NCBI GenBank assembly: GCA_001949185.1
Contig: BDGG01000006.1
Coordinates: forward strand, 1,656,827-1,720,826
Source of the DNA: Ramazzottius varieornatus
Lineage: Eukaryota > Animalia > Tardigrada
Direction of reading: 5' to 3'
Length of the DNA: 64,000 nucleotides
Shown here: in pieces, positions 12,857-25,358 of the stretch
Layout of the letters: each line of letters begins with the position of its first letter
Position numbering within the stretch: position 1 is the stretch's first letter
Position numbers and translations under genes: made by a program
The notes under the pieces: generated by a model
Database searches by the model: none
What the model was told of the DNA's origin: nothing
Seen by the model: the letters and a program-made list of their open reading frames with translations, nothing else

Positions 12857-13860
12857 ATGCCTAAGCGTGCCACCTCCTCCTCTGACGGAACACATTCCGC
12901 CAGTAAGCGTTCGCGACGAGATGATGCCAGCAAGCGAAAGAAGAGCCGGAATGGAGTTGTTCCACCTGCCGAACTACTGAACATCACAATATCCAGATGG
13001 CGCTGGCCGGATGTCCCAGAAGCAGAAGGCGGCTCCACGACTAATCTCGAAAGGTAAGCTGTCGTACGGAAAGCCGACCCAGTAAGCTTTCTTTGGAGGC
13101 TCCCATCTTGGTTACCGTACACAGAGTAAACGAAATTGCCCCGACGCTCTGCTGACCAGAGTGCGTAGAAACAGTTTTGATCGGTCGTGGGTTGAATACG
13201 GTACTGAACTTGCAGTGCTCCTCCTGCACAGCAGATATCAAAGACCAATTATCGAGTAGTCGAATCGATCCCTCTGAACTGGAAGCAAGTCCTGATCAAC
13301 TACCGCGACAACAAGAGCAGCATCACGGATATCCTCTTTACGACCAACGAAGGCCACAAAGTCCCCGCCCATAGTCTGATTCTGCGCATTCGTGTTCCGT
13401 ACTTCCACAACCTCCTTCCGGGTAAACACCCATCCCCTGACGGAAAGCCGGCCGAAGTCCACATCGAATGGTCTGACAGCGAGACGCTACAATGTATCAT
13501 AGACTATGCCTACTTCTTCCGAACCGCCAAGGAATTCGCGTTGGCGCAAGTTCTCAAGGTGTACACTGCGGCCATGCACATTGAATGGGAAGAACTGGAG
13601 ACGTCATGCTATGAACAGTTTCAGGAACAATTAGCTCAAAATAACTGTCTAGCTTGGCTGGAATGGTCCATTGTTAACAATGTGCCGCTGGTCAAACATC
13701 GCGCGGCAAGCTTCGCGGCGGCCCACATGGAAGTGCTTCAGGAAGAGCGACAACAAGACCTCACAGACTTGTCGCTGGAGGCTCATCTGTCAATTAACAA
13801 TTACAGTTACTTAAGTTGAGTAAGCCAAGCGGATGTCCTGACTCCCGCGGTGGCGTAGAT
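12857..13860 (+). pseudogene. BTB/POZ-BACK domain gene, probably truncated or pseudogenised
   Basis: Frame from ~13235 reads TDILFTTNEGHKVPAHSLILRIRVPYF (BTB), then NCLAWLEW..AASFAAAHM (BACK). In-frame stops interrupt LS*VSQADVLTPAVA*. A basic N-terminal exon lies at 12857-13053, but its join was not resolved. Confidence 0.65.
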
Positions 13861-14142
13861 GGAAACAGTTGAGTTTCTTGGAAACTTTGTATGATTCAAT
13901 GTCACTAGCTAATTAAAGCTTTTTGTTCGTTTTGCACTGTGGACCGGAAGTTCGCCGCATATACATGAAACAAATCCTATCGACTAACTATCAAAGCAAG
14001 TTTGTGGTACCGCTGTTACGGTAACAAAAGTCTTATACGGCGTCGAGAAAAGGAAGAAAGACTGAACGGAAAATCAATCGAAGAGAATGCTTTACAAAAG
14101 CGGGAGTTTTTCGAGCGGAGAGCTCACTGACGAACAACAATG

Positions 14143-16639
14143 CTATAAGGCGGTCTGCTTTTCAGCGGAAAGTTTATCGAAGAGAATGTTTTGAAAGCAG
14201 TCTATTAGATTATTCAAACCCAACAAGTAACCATCTTCGTGGTTGCCTTCCTTCCAGGGTTTGAGATGATCCACGTGAACGCCTTCAGGTAATGGCATAG
14301 TTTTGGCAAAGTCAATCATCCAGACACCTGCCAGGCCTTTGATGTCATGGATTAAAAGTAGCGAACTACCGATGACTTCGTGTGCGGCGAAGAACTTGGA
14401 AGAGAACAGGGCTTTCCGCAGCGTCTTTAGACGCTGAATATACATTTGCTGTAATCGAGAAAGAGATGAATATTTAATGGAAGGCGCTGAAGGCAAGGAG
14501 GATAATTAAACTTACAATCACTTCCAGGTTACAGTCAGTAAACTGCCGTAAGACTTGCATCACTTCGCTTTTCCTTTTGGTAAACTTGAAATTCTTGGAG
14601 CAGTATCCATCGGCTTTCTGAAACATGGAAACACTTATCAATACATTAGAGACGTGACCTAGACGCTCAGCTCCGTTAAGCAGAACAAACCTTGATGCCT
14701 TCAACCCGGAAGCCCAGCGTTGCCGTTGAACTGACTGTTTCTCTCCACTGCATGTAACGAGGCTTTGTGACGGCGGCTTGCTCGTGCTCTTCAGGTGTCG
14801 GCTCGTTAGGATCGACCTCAATCATTTTCTGATACATATCCTGCAAAAATAAACATCGAAGTTGCTACCCGGAAATTGTAAAGATAGAAGCAGATAGCCG
14901 CCAGAAGTTCGCCGACGAGATCAACGGAGGTCAGGTGCGGCGACGGAGCGACCAGGACCACGGATTGCTGGGTTGGCCGATTAGTTGAGGCGCCAGACTT
15001 AAGATCTGGTGGGTTCACCAGCTTGAGTTCGAACCTCACACTTAGCAAACTTTTTGTCTTTTTCGAAACTACTAATTTTGAATTTGGATGTTCTAAGAGG
15101 ATTTCCTGTTTATTTACTTACCGGTCGCATCTTAGGATTTTTCTTGGCTTTGGTTAGCTCCTCTTCGAGATAAGTACGAACACCAACTTTGCAGTCCATG
15201 ACCGACACGGAAGGATCGAAGCCGCTGAGTAAATCACGCATCTCTATGAACTCTTCCTCGTTGACGATTGTTTTGCCAATCAACAGCGGCGCAAATGGCT
15301 TCAAGACGTCGTCCATCAACAACTGCAGACAATTATGTTCTTCAGGTGTAAATTTCTTGCGCACAATACCATTGTCTCCTGTCACAAAGTTTCCCTCGTG
15401 GCCAGCTAACTGCACCCACGGCATTCTTCGATCACCGCAAATAGCATAGGTACAGCGAATAAACTGTCTGATCAGCGCCCAGTGATACTGCAAAGAGATA
15501 ATCACAACGTAAGATGTCGTCTCCGCTTCCAACCGATAAACTTGAAATGGAAAACCGGGAATTAATCGCTTCGTGACGCAAAAGCCTTATCAGGTTCCGA
15601 GATTTCCGGACACCCACGTGTTGAATACGGACAGCGGCCACCAATTTGGTTGGTAATCGGGTAAACATTTCTCGTTTGTAACAGGCTATCGCTTCACCAG
15701 AACGAGCGCCCTACTGGTCGCCATCAAGCTACAGCTGAAACAAAGCTTGTTCAGAGTAGCCAATCAAGATTCAGCACCATATCAGCTTCAAATTTTGATT
15801 GGTCCAGTAGGCGGAACCGCTCAGCCTTCTTGATTGAACGACAACATTGTGTCCATTTGAATTATTGATTTTATTTCCGTTGAAATTTATCGGTGCTGTC
15901 GTTCTCTTACCTTTGCTCGTTGAGATCCTACAATCTGTGGCTTTCCAGACGCAAGGGAAGACTGGCTGTGGGCAGAACAAAGACCGGGCAGGCTCAGCTC
16001 GGAGTGTCCATAGCGGAGAGATTCGGAGAATACTTGGTGGCTGCCAGATCCATTCGAAGTGTGAGAGATGGCTAAATTCTTCAACGCCAGTAAATTCCCT
16101 CTATCATTCACCCCAACAGCTTCCGTACTACTCCGGAGAGATTTTGAAGGAAGAAGGAGGGCTGATTTGCCGACGGAGCTTGTAGAGGAGATTTGAGGGG
16201 AGAGATTATTCGTGGAGGAGGAGACAAGTAACTGGGTCGGTTTGTCAGGATCAGCTTCTGGAAGGTTCGGCTTGGTCATGGTAATCTCCGGAATGTTTAT
16301 GAGTTCTGAGGATGCTCGAAGCTCGAGATTCTTTGGCTTGGTAGGATCAGGAGATTGAGTTTGTCTCTTGTAGCAACAGGGAAAGACATCTCTCGCCGAC
16401 TGCTTGCACGAGCGCAGCCAGCTTCTCCAGTCGAGTGTCGCTGACGTTGATTTCTTCCTGGGTGGATCCCGCTCCTTGGTCCTGTTACCTACGAGATATA
16501 CCACGGTGGGGTACAAAGGTAAGCTTCGTGTGCGGCAATTTTGTTCAGGAGACCAACGAAGACTTTCCGACAAAACTGGCAGTGTGAAACTAAATGCGAA
16601 AAAAAAAGTTCTTTCCCGATTTTCTGAACATGGTTCCAT
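14143..16639 (-). CDS. IP3K: Inositol 1,4,5-trisphosphate 3-kinase (ITPK family), multi-exon; 5' end uncertain
   Basis: [20 protein letters not shown] (PxxxDxKxG), [17 protein letters not shown] and [11 protein letters not shown] motifs on consecutive exons; Ser-rich N-terminus. Confidence 0.93.
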
Positions 16640-19372
16640 ATCAGACGTACAAGCACGTGACGATGTCAGTCAGTTTTACTGTATAATGTCACGTGCTCGT
16701 GTTCTCGCAGGTACCATTCAAGCTGCCTGTAAGGCCCGTGCCTGACGCGCACTTCGCCGTGCGCTCGACAATGCGCAGATGTGAGTGGCTCGTGCTTAAG
16801 TTAGCTCACCGTTTGTAGGTTCTTCCGGCATTGTATCGCTGTCGATAACAACCCGGTTGAATACTGGCCGAGCAATAGTTCAGATTAGTATAATTCTGAC
16901 TCCGAGGTGGTAAAAAATCAATCTCAGATATAATTCGCAGTTTTGTGGTACAGGGACTCAGAGGACATGAGGAGCGCGCTCTCAGCAGTCACTGGCATAA
17001 TCCATCGGAAACCTGCAACGGAAAATTTAAACATCCAGCAGAACGACGTGATTCATGACTGTGGTAACTGGTAAGTCTATCTTTTCTGTGTTCACAGCAA
17101 AAGTTGGCAGAGGAAATAATGATTGAAGGTCTTGCAGGGCAAACGGCACGAACGACTGTAGTCTGAAGCATAACCTCTTTTTCATGGAAAGGAATACGTC
17201 TAACGTTGGCAAACAATGACGTAAGTTAACTGCTTACTTTCCAAAGCGTTCTGTTGGTGGTAGTCCTAAATTCTATTTCAGAAATTTCCACGGTGAAAAA
17301 TCCCGCCGAGGACCGACGACCCGTTTCCTTATCGTTTCCAGATAAAAGCGGAAAATAGAACTGCTAATATAATGGGTTCGGTCAGTAGTTTCGAAAAGAA
17401 AAATATGGATTACGTCCAGAGTGTAAATTTCAGATCAGACAGGATAAATATTATGGGAAGTCGGCAAACGAGATGTGCAAGGCTGTAGTTTTAGGCGGCG
17501 CACGTCTTCAGCCGGCAACGCTGAAGACGTGCGCCATTTGAGGCAATAATATTGTACGCTTCGTTTGCTGAGTTTCGCTACTTTCCATGAAATTTCGGTG
17601 ATCCAACTACTTTCAGCAGGAGTTGTAGGCGGAGGTTGGAGTTCGGAGGGAGGTTCTTTGATAATCAATCCAGTTTTTTATTCGAGGTCTAACGAATGGT
17701 GACACGGTATAGTCCAAAGATTCCACGCTGGTGTAAGCTGCAAGATGTTTTTCCGGAACTAAGCGATGGTGGTGATGAATCTTGCGGATGGCCCACTTGA
17801 GTTTAGAGACAAACTTTGTCCGTCACTCTACGCGACAACAATTTCCTAACTGATAGCGTGGCTTCGTGAAGTACGGTACGTTACCACCTGTTGCAGCCTG
17901 CAGCAAGTGTAGACTTTCTAAAACACGGTTACACGTCTTAAAATTCAAACTCGGAGAACAACCGTATAAAATTGCTGCCTCGGACTTTGAATCGGTTCGT
18001 GACGTCAATGCAGCCAGCGGAACCGGTTGTAAAAGCCTAAGGTGGAGCAAATGTCAACGTTATTCTCACGAGTGCCGCATTCCACATCAGCGCGATAAGC
18101 TTATAAATACGAGTAAGTCAGTCTTTTCTTCTTTCGAATGAACGAAGGTCTCGCCGGTGAGACGTTTTATTGCTTCCCAGAGAGATCGAAGAACCGGACA
18201 AGATCTGCGTCAGTCCACGGAGTTTCGTCGGTTCGTAAGTTCGTATCTGCATCAGTATTTCCCCAGCGTAAGAACAGTAATCATATCCCAATTATATTAT
18301 GTTCATGAAACTACAGGTGTAGTTTGGACCCGGAAAACAAAGCTTAACCCCACCAGTTTGTACAAGACTATCGATGAGTCTAATATTAGTAACGCTAAGT
18401 TCTCGTGATTGTACGCTGTGCGCGAGCCATTGAGAATGAACATAACAGTTTTGCCGCGATTAGACGATAGCGGTGAAAAACGTGAAGGAAGTGCCTGGTG
18501 TCGTACCTTCCATTGACGTCACAAAATACATAAACCTGTTTGAATTTGCACACATCGGCAGTAATGTTACAACCGAGGAACTTCTACCATGTCGAACACA
18601 CTTACACATCACAATGCCAACTTGGCGCAATTTTCAGACGCCATTCCTTCCATCGGAACGAGGCTGCGCGGAATATTTGCCGGTGAAGTTTGACGTCTAA
18701 TACTGCATACTTCACAAACCGTGGTTCGCTCTTTCTGCTATATTTTTAACAAAAGATGACAAATCACGGTGCGCTACTTGAACACTTATAGCTGTTTCCA
18801 TACTTTTTGGATTTGCTAGGGTTAAAAGCTGAATGTTACAGTAATCAGTTTATGATACGCAGTTTACAAAACTTTACAGTCGATTCCCGAACATTTTGAC
18901 CAGCGATCGTTATCCTGTAAACTGGGCTGCCGATACCCAAATTTGAAGAGAAAACGGATGCATGGAGGCTTGTTTCATGGTTTCGGTCTGAGCATGGCCT
19001 TCACGACTTCTTTGGTCAGACCCAAATTTTCACTCTGGAGAACAGCATCGAGCTTTCAGAAACTCAGGGCTGTTTCGGTGTCCGTCGCCAAAAACTCGGG
19101 AGCAGCTCTCCTCCGTAAGGGTGCGGAGAACTTGGCAGCTGGGAGCAGTCTGTTTGCCACCTTGTGCGAAGTCAGTTTTATACTTAAAGCAGTCTCAGTT
19201 CGAGAAGCCCATACATCTCTGCGGCTTCCAGGAGACCTTCCGCGTGCTTCTGGAGTCCGTCGAGACAACCATAATACATATTCTCCAGCATAGCGGTTAT
19301 CACATCGGATGTAATATCCGGCATCGCGCAGCGTCCTGGAAGAAAAACAGCCATTGGAGCTCGTTACAATAA

Positions 19373-20278
19373 GGCGAATGCTATTTTGCCCACCCTTCTG
19401 ACTCAAAATAGCTATCTGGCTGTTTTGCCCACCCTTTGGGGCAAAATAGTATTCGGCTATTCTGCCAAACCTGGTGAAAATAGCTAGTCTCTGTTATGCC
19501 CCCTCCCCCTTTATTAATCATTGTTTCTCGCAAATCGACCGTTTGAAGGCCGATGTTTGGAACTTGGGGGTTGCGGATACGTGCAATGAAAGGAGAAACA
19601 GGCCGCGTCGGTCCTGACGTCGACGACGGCAGACCTGGCCTTAAGGGGGACATCCGCTTGAACGGCCCGCATCCTAGCCGTCTGAACGTTCTCAACTCGG
19701 TCGCCCACCAGCTAGCCGTCAACAGCAACAGCAGACATCCCTGCTCCGCAGAAAACAGGCAGCGTGGTCCCAAGGGCACAGAGACGGGCTAGAGGTCGTC
19801 CCAGCGGACGCGCCGGCGGCAGAATCTGTCGTGGAGGTCGCAGCGGTAGCACACACAAAGGACATGGTGGACACTGGGAACATGGCAGCGGTAGTCGCGG
19901 TGAACAAGGCGATTTCATGGTGGGTATAGAAGGGCCGCGGTAGGCGAAAAGGACCCTTACTCTGTACACGATGGGTACAACATTTAGCGCAGGAAGATAT
20001 CCCTCGAGGGAACCCGTGAATGCAGCCAAGACCATGGACCTGCTCGGCGTTCCCCTAAAACTTTGGGAACGCCCGCACCTACTGTAATTTGTAGACAAGT
20101 CAAAACTTGGCGTAATGGACGGGGGGATAGACGCTAGCTATTCGGACCGGAAAGGGGAGGGCTAAATAGTCTACTGTTATTTTGCCCGGGAGGGGCAAAA
20201 TAGCCGGACACTATTTTGCCCGGGAGGGGCAAAATAGCCGGACACTATTTTGCGCAGGGTGGGCAAAATAGCCACTCC
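19373..20278. mobile_element. Non-autonomous MULE/foldback-like element with subterminal palindromic repeats and GC-rich cargo
   Basis: TIRs GGCGAATGCTATTTTGCCCACCC / GGGTGGGCAAAATAGCCACTCC; arrays of CTATTTTGCC..GGCAAAATAG; TSD GTTACAATAA at 19363-19372 and 20279-20288. Confidence 0.85.
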
Positions 20279-20635
20279 GTTACAATAATGCTGTTGCATC
20301 CACAAGCCTGAGACCTTCACTCACGCGTGACTGCAGTGTCATCAACGTACCTTCTGCACTTTCCTTCATCTGTGAGAACGACGTTTGTCGAAAACCGGGC
20401 GAGCTACTGTGCAAGATACTCTTTCCCCTCGGAGGATACCAATACGAAGTCGGCACTAACTTCTGAGTCACACACCACGTGATACTTTTCTCGCAGCGAC
20501 TCCAGCTCCGACTTCCGTTTTTATTCCTGCTGTTTCTTGAATGATTTTCTTGATGTCTGTATGTTATAGGTTGCTGTCCTTATCGTGATCTCGGTCATCT
20601 CTGTGTTGTTGTGGAATTCCAATTTATCATGCAAA

Positions 20636-21058
20636 ATGTTTTGTGGTGTCTGCGGTTACTACTATAAGAGGAAAGGCATGGAGCGGAGGTCGCTGTTTCC
20701 TGTTCCGGTTGATGCTGACGTACGTTCGAAATGGATCGACAGATGCGAAGTTTGCAGTAATGTCGAATGTTCTCTCCTATGTTCCGCGCACTTTGACGAA
20801 AGAGATATTCTCAAGAGCAGAGTAGAAAATCAGTTGGTACGTGGTGCTTTGGTAAAGTTGCAAGGTATACGTTACTGGATGAGAATGTGCGACGGAAAAA
20901 GTTACAAAACGAGGTATAATCAAAAAAAAAGAAAACAGGGTGATAAAATCTCTCGCGCGCGGGAATCAAAGCAAGAGAAGTTGCAAAGGATAACGATTTC
21001 GGCCCGGATCATAAAGCTCGACTGTACTTTGAGTGGGTCCATGCGACTGTTGTTTTGA
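20636..21058 (+). CDS. THAP-domain (C2CH zinc finger) ORF; probably a transposase N-terminus or remnant
   Basis: MFCGVCG...LFPVP....RSKW.....LLCSAHF followed by LVRGALVKL (AVPT-box position). Confidence 0.7.
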   Translation: MFCGVCGYYYKRKGMERRSLFPVPVDADVRSKWIDRCEVCSNVECSLLCSAHFDERDILKSRVENQLVRGALVKLQGIRYWMRMCDGKSYKTRYNQKKRKQGDKISRARESKQEKLQRITISARIIKLDCTLSGSMRLLF

Positions 21059-21716
21059 GTTGAGTGTGTTGAAGAAGCTCGTTCCGCTGACTGCGGGTCT
21101 CATGATTGTTTGGGTTAGGACAAGGTGGTGTGTACAAAAGGTCGGAAGGTTACGTCTGCTAGTGTAGAATATTTTGTTCCTGGTTTCCTTCCTCCCGTCT
21201 TATTTAGTCCTTCTTCCGTCAATGTGTCAGTCTATCGGGGCTTGCTCTACGCGGGTAGAGTGCTCCGAAGGATATGGCATCTGCCGCATGTGTGGCGAAC
21301 GCCACAAATTTACGAGCCATCTTTTGAGAACGAACCATTCGTTTGGCTCATGGAACCGTTCAAACGAAACGAAAAGAAAGATCATTAAGAACTGATGTTG
21401 TCGAGTGGACGAAGAAACTCGGCTGAAGTTTTCTAGAGAAGCCTCAATTTCGTCTTTTCGGCCACTTGCAGCCATGGTGCTTTCTCAGACACTCTGCGTC
21501 ACGATTATGCCCCGCCCGACCAAAAACGCGCAGTATCACCAGCGCGTACATGCTGCGCCTGTGTGCACCACCCATTGTCGTTCTGTTTCTTTTGGCAGGC
21601 CGTTCGAGACATGGACCTGAAAGCTGTCTGATTATCCTTTGGGAAATCGGTCAAGATACGGAAATTCTGGCGCAGTACTTAGTAATTCTGACAAGCAGTA
21701 CAGTAAGCTGAATGTT

Positions 21717-23892
21717 TTAGTTGGAAAGAATAGTTGACAAGATCCATTCGGTGGCGGTAGCAACTCGGGCATACACTCCGGGGTAGCGGGCCTGAGCGCA
21801 ACCACTGCGACAGAAATATACATGGTTAGTCTAGGCGACAGTTGACGAACATTGATGATGACAACGACGCGTAAGATAACTTACCGTCCCCAAGAGACGA
21901 CACCGCACAATTTCCAGCTTCCCTCAGCGTTCTTCTGGACCAATGGGCCACCAGAGTCTCCTTGGCAGCTGTCCTTACCAGGGCGGGCACCGCAAATCAT
22001 ATCGCCACTGACGGAGCCAGGGTAAGCCGTCGAGCAGTTAGCTTGCGGGATAACATCGACGTAGACCTGACGGAGGGTGGAGACGCGAGCATCCTGGTTG
22101 TAATTCGGATCGTCGTCCTTGGCCAAGAGACCGGCTTCGGCATCCTTGATGTTTTTGACGAATTCGTCAAAGTTGTCGATCTGATCTCCCATACGGGCAG
22201 GGTTGGTCGTTCCTGTAAATGTGGAAATGTTTCGCTTCCGTGGTGGACATGCAGTCTCGTCTGTAACGTGACTGACGGGTATGTACTTACCCCAGCCGCT
22301 GACCATGGCAGCAGTTCCCGCTGCGCAGTCATCGTCATCTGCCAGGCAGATAGCGCCAACGTGAGCACCGAAGTCGAAGATCTAAAACGACCACAACCGA
22401 GGCATAAAAGCAATCTAGCTGAGTAATGGCATTGGTATGACATAGGAAGAAGTACGTACACCGTTGATTTTCAAAAGGCAAAAATCGTTGGAATAGGTTT
22501 TTGGTCGTTGGTAGCTAGGGTGGACGAACAGCTTCTCCAAACTGTACGTCTTGGCGTAAGGCTCGTTGGTGGCGCTCCAGACGTGGGCTCCGACGCGGAC
22601 TCTGTAGTTGGCTGTAGTGGGGGCATAAGCCTTGCAACAATGGGCAGCTGTCATCACCCATTGACTGTTGATCTGCAAGTAACGGCCAAAGTCACATTTC
22701 TGTGTACAGCTAATTGCCAAAGTCAAAAAGGCTATCTTCCAGTTACGGCCAGTCACGGGAATTCTTGAGCTGACTTATACAACGTCATAGATAATGTTTT
22801 AGATGACAGGATTCCGTGATGTCTGTTACTTCAAGCAATGCTGTATCTCAGCATATCCACATCCTGTTTAATGATCACTTACGATGGAACCTCCGCAAAG
22901 CTGTGAACCGGATGACGTCAACATGGCAACCTGCCAAGGCAGCGAGTGAGGTTCGGCTTCCACACCACCAACGATACGGTTTCCAGCTCCCATGGCCCGG
23001 GCGGCAACGAGGCTGCGGAAAGCTCGTGCAGTCTTGTCTTCCTTGGGTGGGATAGTGGTGGTACCACACTCGCCAGAGCAACCTGGACCTTCGTCCGAGG
23101 CATCAGGACAGTCTTCGGTTTCTGCAAAAGACAACGGAAGAATGAAGGCATTCATCAGCCCAGCATATTGCTGGTCACGACAAGGTCTGACAGGACAACG
23201 AAATCACAATTAACGACTCAACGTTAGCGACATACCATCGCAGTACTGGTCAGGGCGGATGCAGACAGAGTCGCTTCCGGGGCACAGGCTGGCGCCAGGG
23301 TCGCAAGCGGGATCTGTAATGCAGAGCTTCAGCACGTTAAGCGCCGTCTCTTCGCTTTCCGGTCTGGCTGCAACGAGTATAGTATACCTGAGAAGCTAAG
23401 GTTGAATCCCGGTTTGGTGATGGCAGAGTCAGAGCGGAATACAAATTTCTGCAAGCGCAGGGGATATCAACTTATGGCGTTATGTATCTGACGGTAATAA
23501 CCATTCGAGAGAGGCCTGGGCAAAAGGTCACGTACCACTAGGGTGCTGCTGGCGACCAGACGCTGAGGACCAGTTTCGCCGCAAAACTTGCCCAGTTGAA
23601 CTTCCTTCCCATCGGAGTTGACCTGAATGAAAGTGACGTAGTCGTAACCGCAGCCTCGACCCTCCAAGGAGAAAGCAATGGAATTGATCTCAATAGCCAA
23701 CTTGGCAGAGTTGGGGGAGTGGACGTTCCATTGGCAAAAGGCGTTGTTGGGGTAGTCGCCGTTCCCAAAGTTGGGCGACTGGACGTAGGCCTTGCCTCCT
23801 GCAGGGACCTCGACGTTCATGGCTCCGTTGGGTATGCACTGGGCACTGGCACAAGCCACCAGGGCCGCCAAGCACAGTAGTGCCTGCAGCAT
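21717..23892 (-). CDS. Secreted modular serine protease: signal peptide, CUB, LDLa, trypsin domain (7 exons)
   Basis: Signal [17 protein letters not shown]; [31 protein letters not shown]; LDLa [18 protein letters not shown]; R|[37 protein letters not shown]. Confidence 0.95.
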
Positions 23893-25083
23893 TTTTCCTA
23901 GTACGGTAGAACTTCAACTGAGAAAAACGAAAGACGGAGGACGGATTGTGAGGGTATGTGGAAAGGACCTCGGGTATTATAGGGGCGAAATGTTAGCTCT
24001 AAGGGTAGCTTATCCTGACGCCTGACGCCGCCAAAGGGTATCTTCTTATCGTTTGTGTTACGCTCGTAATCGTGACAGTGGTGCGGCGCGCAGCCTGGTT
24101 CTTGGTGGATATGAGCTGTTGTCCTATTGTTTGGCACTGGAAAGCGGGGAAAGTCTTGTGTGATAAGGAAAGATGTGCTTGTGTAATTTATGAAGGTAGA
24201 GTCATACGAATTGAGCAGATAGAGTGAATCAAGAGTTTCGGGTGGAGATATGAATTGAGAAATTCCGCCTGGATTGCTCGTTTCAAACCTCGCAATTGAT
24301 AGTACGCCACGATGTTCTACAAAAACGAAGAATCGTACAGGTTTACGTCAATGACGTCAAAGTCACCTCAAAGACACGAAAACGTACACGACAATTAGCT
24401 CTTCGAGACGACAGATCAGACTCTTGGGGGGAAAAGGTTTGCCAACTTTTCTGGCGGCGTCCATGTCGAACACTCCTAGGCAGGTGGCTAAGCTTAGATG
24501 GCCTTTTCTTGAGCCCTTCTTAAGGGAATGAAGACTACAGTGTGATCCGGATAAGCGACGTGCGACCCTACTCAGAGTCGAAGCTCTCAGATCCACGCGT
24601 GATCAAAGTCATCAAACGGTACGGGCAGCGGTTCCTGATGAATTTTCAAAACCAAATTAGGAAAGGTAAGCTGGATTGACGTCATCATTTTTCTGCCCAA
24701 GCAGGAAAAAAGCTGGATTCTTCTGTTTCAGTCGACGCAGTTCGATAGTGCCTGATTGGTCAGGCCAGTGGTGTGCACAGGAATTCGGTCGACGAAGGGA
24801 TTTTTTGCCACCCTGGTGCACAGGAATTTGGTCGACATGCCGTCTCAGACGGCATTTGGTTGGTCCGTTGTATCAATATATCTTGTATCGGTTTACTTGT
24901 TCATGCTGATTGTGTCGAACATCCCAATCCAGTCGGAGATTTCTAATCGGAAAAGACGGATCGGTAACAACAGGGCACCTACAAGCAAAGGGTTACTGGA
25001 TTATGAAATCTTTTCCGAAATCGTTCCTGCAGCTGGGTACGCCGTACGCGCAGTTACGCTTATTTTGGCGATTCATTTTTCTT

Positions 25084-25133
25084 AAGGGAGTGTTGTGGAC
25101 GCTTTGTTGTGCAAGCGTCCACAACACTCCCTT
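25084..25133. repeat. Perfect 21-bp hairpin with 8-nt loop
   Basis: AAGGGAGTGTTGTGGACGCTT-TGTTGTGC-AAGCGTCCACAACACTCCCTT. Confidence 0.9.
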
Positions 25134-25358
25134 CATTTTAGATTGAGCTGGACGTCAGCGACTGAATTCCTCCGGATCATGTTCCAATCGGCGCGCGCTC
25201 TTAGCTAATCGCAACGTAACCGTGCGCCACTTCGGATGACGATCCGGATTGAATTATTCGTCGATGCCCTAAATTTTAAATTTGCGGATTTGTTTTTACA
25301 GACATCACCATATTCTTCGTGACAAGCACACCGTTCGCCTTCTGCCTGACGCATGTCA

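Noticed and set aside
24773-24836. Direct repeat GTGCACAGGAATTYGGTCGAC, two copies at a 43-bp period
   Set aside because: Only two copies with no associated structure; likely a local duplication.
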